Under the pieces are notes generated by a model, which saw only the letters and a program-made list of their open reading frames with translations, was not told where the DNA came from and ran no database searches. Positions 19,525-27,458 of a stretch of DNA of 64,000 nt are shown piece after piece. A program made the position numbers and the translations under genes. Origin of the DNA: an uncultured bacterium. GTDB taxonomy: Bacteria > Zhuqueibacterota > QNDG01 > DTFT01. The stretch spans positions 1 through 64,000 of the forward strand of contig CAVTNR010000011.1 in assembly GCA_963736115.1 (NCBI GenBank), given 5' to 3'. Every line of letters begins with the position of its first letter. Position 1 is the stretch's first letter.

Positions 19525-19539
19525 TTCACGCGGGAGGGT

Positions 19540-19824
19540 ATGATGGATCTTCAGTTCTTCGACATGCTGGAAGAGAAGGTGAGCCGGATGGTTCAGCAGC
19601 TCGGACAGCTCAAGACGGAGAACCGCGAACTCCGGATGCGGAACCAGGAACTGCAGGCCGTTCTGGAGGACAAGGAACGCGTGGTGTACACCCTGCGGAC
19701 CGAACTGGACCAGTCCCGGACCGTCCAGGGGGAAATCGAAAATTACCGCAAGAGCCAGGACCGGATACGGTCCAAGGTGGAAACTCTTCTTGAGAAGCTG
19801 AAGGATTTCGAGAATATCCCCTGA
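19540..19824 (+). CDS. zapB: ZapB-like coiled-coil cell division protein
   Basis: Heptad-rich 94 aa protein (LEEKVSRMVQQLGQLKTENREL) in the conserved pheT-zapB-zapA-rny context. Confidence 0.65.
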   Translation: MMDLQFFDMLEEKVSRMVQQLGQLKTENRELRMRNQELQAVLEDKERVVYTLRTELDQSRTVQGEIENYRKSQDRIRSKVETLLEKLKDFENIP

Positions 19825-19896
19825 CGCGCCATCCGCGCAACGGGGGCACAGACCCGGTCACGTTGAAGGAATTTGAAATCGTACGGGATCGTTCCG

Positions 19897-20199
19897 ATGG
19901 AATCTGACAAAAATGTTCTGAAGGTCAGAATCTACGGCGCCGAATACTTGATCCGAGGACAGGCGGACGTCAATTACATGCAGTCGGTCGCTGAATACGT
20001 GAATGACAAAATGCTTGAAATCGATCAGACGATTCGGACCGATTCCTCGCTCAAAGTAGCCATACTCGCCACGCTGAACATCACCGACGAGCTGTTCCGC
20101 GAGCGGGCGGAATCGGAAGCCATTCGAAACGAACTTGAGAATAAAATACGGGAGCTGAATCTTCTGATCGACCGGCAGTTGTCCGCATCGGACGTGTGA
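19897..20199 (+). CDS. zapA: Cell division protein ZapA
   Basis: VRIYGAEY, VAEYVNDKM, VAILATLNITDELF. Confidence 0.9.
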   Translation: MESDKNVLKVRIYGAEYLIRGQADVNYMQSVAEYVNDKMLEIDQTIRTDSSLKVAILATLNITDELFRERAESEAIRNELENKIRELNLLIDRQLSASDV

Positions 20200-20320
20200 A
20201 CCGGACGGTCCTCCGCTCTTCCTTCCTTCAACTTCCTCTTCACCGAAGTCCCGCCGACCGGCGTGATCGACCGGGTCCTCCATCTTTTTTCGCGACTTGT
20301 GCACATAGATCGGAGGCATT

Positions 20321-21886
20321 ATGATTCCATTGGTTTGGGTGATTATCGGATTCCTGCTTACGTCCGTATTGTTCTTTTTCCTGGGATGGGTCGTCAACAA
20401 CAAGCTGGGACAGGGCAAGGTCGCGAGCGCCGAGAAGCTGGCGGCGAAAATCATATCGGAATCGGAGAAAGAGGCCGAATCCCTCAAGAACCAGAAGCTC
20501 ATTGAAGCGAAGGATGAATCCATCCGGCTCCGCCAGAACGTCGAGCGTGAAACGCGCAACCAGCGCCAGGAGCTCGACAAGCAGAAACGGAAGCTGGAGT
20601 TCAAGGAAATCGAGCTCGACCGCCGGCTGAACCACCTGAATCAGCGGGAGACCGAGCTGAAAAAGCTGGAACAGAGCCTGAAGGACCGCAACGACCACCT
20701 CTCGAAAAAGGGCGAGGAGCTCGACCAGGTCATCGCCGAGCAGAACGACCGACTCATGAAGATTTCCGGAATGAGTCACGATGAGGCCCTGAAGGAGCTG
20801 AAATCCAACCTGCTGGCAAAGGCCAAGCAGGAATCCGCTCAGATCATCAAGGAAATCAAGGACCAGGCACGGCTGACCGCGAATAAAGAGTCGAAGGAAA
20901 TCATCATTTCGTCGATTCAACGCACAGCCGCCGACCATTCGACGGAGGCCACGGTCTCGGTCGTCCATCTGCCGAGCGACGAGATGAAGGGACGGATCAT
21001 CGGCCGCGAAGGCCGGAACATCCGCGCCTTCGAGAACGCGACGGGCATCGACATGATCGTGGATGACACGCCGGAAGCGGTGATCCTGTCGGGGTTCGAT
21101 CCGTTACGGCGGGAAATCGCCAAGCGGGCTCTCGAGAAACTGATCACGGACGGCCGGATCCACCCGGGACGCATTGAGGAAGTCGTCGAGAAGACGAAGA
21201 AGGAGATGGAAGAGGTCATCCTTCAGCTCGGCGAGCAGGCTCTGTTCGAGACCGGCGTTCACGGAATCCATCCCGAACTCGTCAAGCTTCTCGGAAAGCT
21301 GAATTTCCGGACCAGCTACGGACAGAACGTTCTTCAGCACAGCGTGGAGATGGCCCATCTGTCCGGGCTGATGGCCGCGGAACTCGGTCTCGACGCGGTG
21401 ATCGCCAAGCGCGCCGCGCTCCTCCACGACATCGGGAAAGCCGTGGACAAGGATACGGAAGGCACCCATTTCCAAATCGGCGCTGACCTGGTTAAAAAAT
21501 ACGGGGAAGGGGCCATCGTGCAGAACGCGGTGGCTTCGCACCACGGGGACGTGGAGATGATTTCCCCGATTTCAGCCCTCGTGCAGGCGTCGGACTCGAT
21601 CTCAGGTTCACGTCCGGGCGCCCGGCGCGAGACCCTGGAAGGGTACATCAAGCGCCTTGACAAACTGGAGGAGATCGCGGAGTCCTTTCAGGGTGTTTCG
21701 AAAACCTATGCCATCCAGGCGGGGCGGGAGATCCGGGTTCTGGTTGAGCCCGATCGGATCAGCGACGCATTGGCCGATCAGCTCGCAACGGACATTTCAG
21801 AGAAAATCCAGTCCGAAATGGAGTATCCCGGACAGATCCGTGTGACGGTGATCCGCGAATACCGCTCGACCCAGTACGCGAAATAA
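20321..21886 (+). CDS. rny: Ribonuclease Y
   Basis: N-terminal TM and coiled coil, KH domain ([14 protein letters not shown]), HD domain (LLHDIGK), [10 protein letters not shown]. Confidence 0.97.
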   Translation: MIPLVWVIIGFLLTSVLFFFLGWVVNNKLGQGKVASAEKLAAKIISESEKEAESLKNQKLIEAKDESIRLRQNVERETRNQRQELDKQKRKLEFKEIELDRRLNHLNQRETELKKLEQSLKDRNDHLSKKGEELDQVIAEQNDRLMKISGMSHDEALKELKSNLLAKAKQESAQIIKEIKDQARLTANKESKEIIISSIQRTAADHSTEATVSVVHLPSDEMKGRIIGREGRNIRAFENATGIDMIVDDTPEAVILSGFDPLRREIAKRALEKLITDGRIHPGRIEEVVEKTKKEMEEVILQLGEQALFETGVHGIHPELVKLLGKLNFRTSYGQNVLQHSVEMAHLSGLMAAELGLDAVIAKRAALLHDIGKAVDKDTEGTHFQIGADLVKKYGEGAIVQNAVASHHGDVEMISPISALVQASDSISGSRPGARRETLEGYIKRLDKLEEIAESFQGVSKTYAIQAGREIRVLVEPDRISDALADQLATDISEKIQSEMEYPGQIRVTVIREYRSTQYAK

Positions 21887-21904
21887 ACCGAATATTCCGA
21901 TTCC

Positions 21905-22714
21905 GTGAGGCCGGCCTTGGCACCGCTGCGCATACTCTTCATCGGAGACGTCATCGGCAATTCCGGCGTCTCCCTTCTGCAATCCTCCCTGAGCGGACTT
22001 CAGCGCCGGACGGAGGCGGACATCACCGTCCTGAATGCGGAAAACGCGTCTGCGGGGAGGGGGCTGACGCCGTCCATGGCCGCAACCCTGTTCGGACTCG
22101 GCGTGGACGTGCTCACCAGCGGCAACCACATCTGGAACAAGGACAAGATTTTCCCCGTCCTCGACGAACAGCCTTATCTGTTGCGTCCCCTGAATTATCC
22201 TCCGGGAGCGCCCGGGCACGGCGTCTGCGTTTTCCGGACCGCGACCGGCGAACCGGTCGGCGTGCTGAATCTCCAGGGAAGAAGCTTCATGATGCCGATC
22301 GAATGCCCGTTCCGCGCAGCGGACGCTGAAATCGACCGCCTGAACCGCGAAGGGGTCCGCGTCATTTTTGTCGATTTCCACGCGGAAGCCACTGCGGAGA
22401 AACTCGCGTTGGGACGTTATTTAGACGGCCGGATTACGGCCCTGGTCGGGACGCATACGCATGTTCAAACCGCCGACGAAACCCTGCTGCCGAAAGGAAC
22501 GGCCTATATCACGGATGCCGGAATGACCGGGCCTGTTGATTCGGTCATCGGCATGGATACCGATACCGCCATTCTCCGTTTCAGGAGTCAGCTTCCGGTC
22601 CCTTACCGCGCTTCCGAGTCCCCCGCTTTTCTAAACGGGGTTGTCATTGAAGCTGATGCGTCCAGCGGCAGGGCGGTACGGATCGAACGCCTGCGGGAAA
22701 CGCAACCACACTGA
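21905..22714 (+). CDS. ymdB: YmdB-family (TIGR00282) metallophosphoesterase
   Basis: LFIGDVIG, NAEN, TSGNH, DFHAEATAEK, GTHTHVQTAD; directly follows rny. Confidence 0.92.
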   Translation: MRPALAPLRILFIGDVIGNSGVSLLQSSLSGLQRRTEADITVLNAENASAGRGLTPSMAATLFGLGVDVLTSGNHIWNKDKIFPVLDEQPYLLRPLNYPPGAPGHGVCVFRTATGEPVGVLNLQGRSFMMPIECPFRAADAEIDRLNREGVRVIFVDFHAEATAEKLALGRYLDGRITALVGTHTHVQTADETLLPKGTAYITDAGMTGPVDSVIGMDTDTAILRFRSQLPVPYRASESPAFLNGVVIEADASSGRAVRIERLRETQPH

Positions 22715-22727
22715 ACGGGGGTTTGTT

Positions 22728-23624
22728 TTGGCTCAGCTGATAGACGGAAAAGCCATTGCTGCGGCCATTCGGGCCGAATCAGCCGCTGAATCGGCGGCCT
22801 TCAAGTCTCGCGGCCTGACGCCGAAACTCGCGGTCATACTGGTGGGTGATGATGCGGCTTCGGCCCAGTACGTCCGAAACAAGGAAAAGGCATGCGCCGA
22901 GGCGGGCATTCTCTCCGAGACTCTCCGGCTTCCCGGATCCACGGAAACCGGGGCGCTTCTCGATACGATTCGCCGCCTCAATGAGGACTCCGCCGTGCAC
23001 GGCCTGCTGGTTCAGGTCCCGCTTCCGAAGCAGATTGACGAATCCGCTGTCCTTCTGGCTGTTTCGCCAGAGAAGGATGTGGACTGCTTTCATCCCCTGA
23101 ATGTCGGTCGACTGATCGCCGGATTCGACGCGGACAGTTTCGTCCCCTGCACTCCGGCGGGAGTCGTGGAAATGCTGATGCGGTCCGGAAATCCACCGGC
23201 AGGCAAACGGGTGGTCATTGTGGGCCGTAGCGCGATCGTGGGCAAACCGCTCGCGCTCCTGCTGATGGGGAAGGGACCCTCCGCGGACGCCACGGTCACG
23301 GTCTGCCACACGCGAACGCCGGACCTGGCCGTTTTCACCCGGACTGCGGACATCCTCGTGGCCGCGGCCGGACGGCCGGAAATGATCCGCGGCGACATGG
23401 TCCGGCCCGGCGCCGTAGTGATTGACGTCGGCACCAACCGGGTTCCTGATCCGACCGGCGCGAAACCGCACCGCTGGGTCGGGGATGTCTGCTTCGAGGA
23501 GGTTTATCCGAAGGCATCATCCATTTCGCCTGTTCCCGGCGGAGTCGGCCCCATGACCATCGCGATGCTTCTGAGAAATACCCTGACAGCCTGCCGCCGC
23601 CATGAAAGGAGTCGAAAGACTTGA
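22728..23624 (+). CDS. folD: Bifunctional methylenetetrahydrofolate dehydrogenase/cyclohydrolase
   Basis: AQLIDGK, YVRNK, KDVDCFHP, PCTPAG, GRSAIVGKP, PVPGGVGPMT; TTG start inferred. Confidence 0.95.
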   Translation: MAQLIDGKAIAAAIRAESAAESAAFKSRGLTPKLAVILVGDDAASAQYVRNKEKACAEAGILSETLRLPGSTETGALLDTIRRLNEDSAVHGLLVQVPLPKQIDESAVLLAVSPEKDVDCFHPLNVGRLIAGFDADSFVPCTPAGVVEMLMRSGNPPAGKRVVIVGRSAIVGKPLALLLMGKGPSADATVTVCHTRTPDLAVFTRTADILVAAAGRPEMIRGDMVRPGAVVIDVGTNRVPDPTGAKPHRWVGDVCFEEVYPKASSISPVPGGVGPMTIAMLLRNTLTACRRHERSRKT

Positions 23625-25330
23625 AACTGTCCCGCGCTTATCTGCCCACGCTCAAGGAAATTCCCGCGGACGCGGTGATTCCGAGCCACCGTTTGATGAT
23701 CCGCGCGGGTCTAATCCGCCCGCTCGCCGCAGGCATCTACACCGTTCTGCCGCTCGGCTGGAAGATAATGAAAAAGATCATGGCCATCGTCCGTGAGGAG
23801 ATGGATGAAATCGGCGCGCAAGAACTCCACATGCCCGCTCTGAATCCGGCTGAAATCTGGGACGAGACGGGCCGGAACGCGGACTTCGGAGACGAGATCT
23901 TCCGCCTCAAGGACCGGAAAGACCGTCCCCTCATTCTGGCGCCCACGCATGAGGAAATCATCTGCGATCTGGCCCGGAAATTCATCAAGTCCTACAAGGA
24001 TCTTCCGCAGATGTGGTACCAGATCCAGAACAAGTTCCGGGACGAACCACGCCCGCGATCGGGTGTCATCCGGACCCGTCAATTCTTCATGAAGGACTCG
24101 TACAGCCTGGACAGCGACGAGGAAGGTCTCGATCGATCCTACCGCCTGCATGCCGACGCCTACCGGGCCATTTTCAGCCGATGCGGGCTCAACTTTCATG
24201 TGGTCGGCGCCTCGAGCGGGCTGATGGGGGGGAAGGTCTCGCAGGAATTCATGTTCGAGTCCGAATTCGGCGAGGACACGCTGGCGATCTGCAAATGCGG
24301 GTACGCGGCCAACCTGGAAATCGCATCCGCCAAAATCGAAACGGCGGAGTTTCCGTCCTCTCCGCTCACCCGTGTCGAAACGCCCGGAAAAAAGACCATT
24401 GAGGAGGTGTCCGGTTTCCTGGGTAAAGAGCCCTTCCGTTTCGCCAAAGCTGTTCTGATGGTCGCGGACGGAAAAACGGTCATGGTTCTGGTCCGGGGAG
24501 ATCACGAACTCAACGAAAACAAACTCCAATCGTTTCTGGGCGCGGCCGTCCGGCCCGCGCATCCGGAGGAGATCGTCGCGGCCTGCGGCGCTGAGGCCGG
24601 ATTTGTCGGACCGGTGCATCCTTCCGGACCGGTCCGCATCCTCGCCGATCAGACGCTGGCCGGACAGCGGGACCTCGTCGTCGGCGCCAACCTTCGAGAT
24701 CACCACTTCATTGGCGCCGAGCACGGCCGTGATTTCACGGTCGAGGCGTTCGGCGATTTCCGTACTGTCACCGCAGGAGACGCCTGCGGCTCCTGCGGTC
24801 GCCCGCTCCGCGTCACGAACGCCATCGAGCTCGGGCACATCTTCAAGCTCGGCATTAAGTATTCGGCCGCCATGAAAGCCACTTTTCTGGACCGGAACGG
24901 AAAAGAGAAGCCGATTGTCATGGGCAGTTACGGCATCGGCATCGAACGGATTCTGGCCGCCGCGATCGAACAGGGTCATGACGACAAGGGGCTTATCTGG
25001 AACTCCGTGCTCACGCCCTATCACGTCCATCTGATTCCGGTCAAGATGGACAATCCGGAAATTGTCCGCGTCGCGGAATCCCTGTACGACGCGCTCGGCG
25101 CGGACGCCTGGGAATGCCTCCTCGACGACCGGTCCGCCTCACCGGGTTTCAAATTCAAGGATGCCGATCTGATCGGAATCCCCCTGCAGGTGGTCATCGG
25201 CGAACGCTGGATCCGGGAGAAAAAACTCGAACTCCGCATCCGGCGCACGGGCGAAACGGCCCTGATCGACGAAAACGAATTGTCACCGCGGATCCGCGAT
25301 TATTTCGGAGAGAAACGGGAGGGAGCATGA
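23621..25330 (+). CDS. proS: Proline--tRNA ligase (bacterial type with insertion domain)
   Basis: SHRLMIRAG, PTHEE, KFRDEPRPR, MKDSYS, IELGHIFKLG, GSYGIG. Confidence 0.97.
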   Translation: MKLSRAYLPTLKEIPADAVIPSHRLMIRAGLIRPLAAGIYTVLPLGWKIMKKIMAIVREEMDEIGAQELHMPALNPAEIWDETGRNADFGDEIFRLKDRKDRPLILAPTHEEIICDLARKFIKSYKDLPQMWYQIQNKFRDEPRPRSGVIRTRQFFMKDSYSLDSDEEGLDRSYRLHADAYRAIFSRCGLNFHVVGASSGLMGGKVSQEFMFESEFGEDTLAICKCGYAANLEIASAKIETAEFPSSPLTRVETPGKKTIEEVSGFLGKEPFRFAKAVLMVADGKTVMVLVRGDHELNENKLQSFLGAAVRPAHPEEIVAACGAEAGFVGPVHPSGPVRILADQTLAGQRDLVVGANLRDHHFIGAEHGRDFTVEAFGDFRTVTAGDACGSCGRPLRVTNAIELGHIFKLGIKYSAAMKATFLDRNGKEKPIVMGSYGIGIERILAAAIEQGHDDKGLIWNSVLTPYHVHLIPVKMDNPEIVRVAESLYDALGADAWECLLDDRSASPGFKFKDADLIGIPLQVVIGERWIREKKLELRIRRTGETALIDENELSPRIRDYFGEKREGA

Positions 25331-26688
25331 TGAAAACCCCCGGATCGAAATCCGTCCAGACGGTCCTGAAGGTGTCTGAAATCCAGGCCGACCCCGAACT
25401 GTTTCCGATTCCCGGAGAGACGCCCTCTCCCGAGGACATCCGATCTCTTCTGGAAAAACGGTACGCGACGGAGTTTGGAAAGCTGACGGTCACGCTGGAG
25501 GAAGACGTCATCCGCATCCAGTTCAGGCCCCGTTCCGTCGACATCAACGCCGAGCAGATACACGGCGCAGCCGTCCGTCTCGCCCGTCAGCGTCAGTTCG
25601 ACCCGGCCCTGGAGAAGTGGAAACAGGCCGTTTCCGTGAATCCGGACGATTCGGAATACCATTACCATATCGGTCTCGTTCTGTACGAACAGCGGCGTTA
25701 CGACGAGGCCGCACAGGCGCTCGAACGCGCCGTCCGGATCTGTCCGGTTCATTACAAGGCGCATCTGGCGCTTGGGCTGAGCCGGATCAAGATGAACCGG
25801 CATGACGAAGCGGTCCGGCATTTCACCGAATCCGTCCGCCTGCACCGTGAGAACGTTCTCGGCTATCTGAATCTCGGCGCCGCGGCCAGTCTGCAGAAAC
25901 GCTTCAACGAGGCCATCGAAGCCTTCAATCACGCCATCCAGTACAATCCCAGGGAAAGCCGTGCGTATCTCGGAATGGCAAAAATCTACGTCCATCTGAA
26001 CGACACCGAGGCCGCGAACAGCTATTTCAAGAAAGTCATCGAACTGGCTCCGGAAACGCCCATCGCAGAATTCGCGAAAAAGTCCATCTCCGAGTCGCGG
26101 TCCGAAACCGCTCCGGATGTGCTTCAGGGAGACCGCCTGGCGGCTCTCTCAAAGGGCACCGGGTACGCCCTGGCAGGCAATTACACGGCGGCCGCGGAAC
26201 ATTACCAGATATACCTTCGGAACCAAACTTCGGACGATTTCGCCTGGTACCTGCTCGGAGAAGCCGAAATCCGGAAAGGCCGGCTGGACGAAGCAGCGGA
26301 CGACTTCCGGAAATGCGTCCGTCTGAATCCGAAAAAAGGTCTTTATCAAAAAGCACTGGGAACGGTTTACCATTTCCAGAAGAAACCCGCGGAAAGCGCC
26401 GAATGCTTCAAGCGGGCAATAGAACTCGGAAAGATCGATCCTATGGTGGTGACGCTTTATGGTATCCAGCTCCTGCGCATGCGTAAAACCGACGAGGCCA
26501 TGCACCAGTTCCGCATGGCGCTGAAGAAAAACCAGAACAATCCGCTGGCCATGTACCAGCTGGCATACGCGTATTCGCTGAAGCATGACAATAAAAAGGC
26601 GATGGAATGGCTGGATAAGGTGAATGCGGTGGAATTTTTCGCTCCGATCAAGGAGCACGCCAGGCGGTTGACGAATTCCCTGAAATAA
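25327..26688 (+). CDS. Tetratricopeptide repeat protein
   Basis: Multiple TPR units (YHYHIGLVLYEQRRYDEA, AYLGMAKIY, AWYLLGEAE). Confidence 0.85.
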   Translation: MMKTPGSKSVQTVLKVSEIQADPELFPIPGETPSPEDIRSLLEKRYATEFGKLTVTLEEDVIRIQFRPRSVDINAEQIHGAAVRLARQRQFDPALEKWKQAVSVNPDDSEYHYHIGLVLYEQRRYDEAAQALERAVRICPVHYKAHLALGLSRIKMNRHDEAVRHFTESVRLHRENVLGYLNLGAAASLQKRFNEAIEAFNHAIQYNPRESRAYLGMAKIYVHLNDTEAANSYFKKVIELAPETPIAEFAKKSISESRSETAPDVLQGDRLAALSKGTGYALAGNYTAAAEHYQIYLRNQTSDDFAWYLLGEAEIRKGRLDEAADDFRKCVRLNPKKGLYQKALGTVYHFQKKPAESAECFKRAIELGKIDPMVVTLYGIQLLRMRKTDEAMHQFRMALKKNQNNPLAMYQLAYAYSLKHDNKKAMEWLDKVNAVEFFAPIKEHARRLTNSLK

Positions 26689-26714
26689 AACGGTGATTGA
26701 AAGAGATTCGGTCA

Positions 26715-26742
26715 ACTTCGCATAAGATATATTATGTATACT
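26715..26742. other. Chromosomal dif site (XerC/XerD recombination site)
   Basis: ACTTCGCATAA-GATATA-TTATGTATACT fits the 11-6-11 architecture. Compare E. coli GGTGCGCATAA-TGTATA-TTATGTTAAAT and B. subtilis ACTTCCTAGAA-TATATA-TTATGTAAACT. It lies at the point where gene orientation switches. Confidence 0.85.
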
Positions 26743-27203
26743 TCCGGATTATGATGTCTGGTTGGCACTTGGTTAGTCCTTGATTGATAAAACCCTTATT
26801 CTTTATCTTTGTCCCTCTCAAACCATTCATCTTCTCTTTTTCTAATTTCCAATTATCAGGGCGTTTAAAACTCTTTCGTGAATACGAATCTCCTTCCGGA
26901 ATTATATTTTCTTCCGCCCATAATTATGTATACTTCCGGATTGTGATGTCTGGTTTGTCCTTGGTTAGTCCTTGATTGATAAAACCCTTATTCTTTATCT
27001 TTGTCCCTCTCAAACCATTCATCTTCTCTTTTTCTAATTTCCAATTATCAGGGCGTTTAAAACTCTTTCGTGAATACGAATCTCCTTCCGGAATTATATT
27101 TTCTTCCGCCCATAATTATGTATACTTCCGGATTATGATGTCTGGTTGGCCCTTTGTTAGTCCTTGATTGATAAAACCCTTATTTTTTATCCTTGTCCCT
27201 CTC
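26732..27203. repeat. AT-rich 192-bp tandem repeat, about 2.5 copies (26732-26923, 26924-27115, partial 27116-~27203)
   Basis: Each copy begins TTATGTATACTTCCGGATT. Copies 1 and 2 differ at only 4 positions, all in the first ~40 nt. Copy 3 diverges after ~88 nt. Confidence 0.95.
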
Positions 27204-27265
27204 CAAACAACTATTATAATTTTCTTCCATTCGTCATTTTTATAATCATCAACTCCGGGTTCAAT

Positions 27266-27291
27266 AAAAAATCCCGGTTATAGAACCGGGA
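27266..27291 (-). terminator. Rho-independent terminator downstream of tRNA-Arg
   Basis: TCCCGGTT-ATAG-AACCGGGA hairpin with an A6 run on the left (U-tract on the - strand). Confidence 0.7.
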
Positions 27292-27309
27292 AGGATTGCG
27301 GATACCGGG

Positions 27310-27384
27310 TACCCCCGGCGCGACTCGAACGCGCGACCTACTGCTTAGAAGGCAGTTGCTCTATCCGATCTGAGCTACGGGGGC
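27310..27384 (-). tRNA. tRNA-Arg (TCT)
   Basis: Reverse complement: GCCCCCGTAGCTCAGATCGGATAGAGCAACTGC-CTTCTAA-GCAGTAGGTCGCGCGTTCGAGTCGCGCCGGGGGTA. Confidence 0.96.
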
Positions 27385-27400
27385 GTCCAAACGCCAGGGG

Positions 27401-27429
27401 AATTTAGCCAATTGACGTAGCAAAGTCAA
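27401..27429 (-). promoter_or_regulatory. Sigma70-type promoter for tRNA-Arg
   Basis: Minus strand TTGACT-17 nt-TAAATT, upstream of the tRNA 5' end. Confidence 0.7.
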
Positions 27430-27458
27430 TAGCCAATAAACAGCCAACAAACGCGGGG

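Noticed and set aside
19540-20199. zapB/zapA as partners of the nearby FtsZ-HPt fusion
   Set aside because: They sit in the widespread pheT-zapB-zapA-rny context, 8 kb and several transcription units away. Proximity is not evidence of a link.
26784-27167. Two near-identical 63-aa + strand ORFs (MIKPLFFIF...)
   Set aside because: They are by-products of the 192-bp repeat, use TTG starts with no RBS, run across the XerD-arm junctions and show no recognisable motif.
26732-27203. Possible CRISPR array
   Set aside because: The units are 192 bp and nearly identical throughout. There is no short-repeat/unique-spacer pattern and no cas genes.
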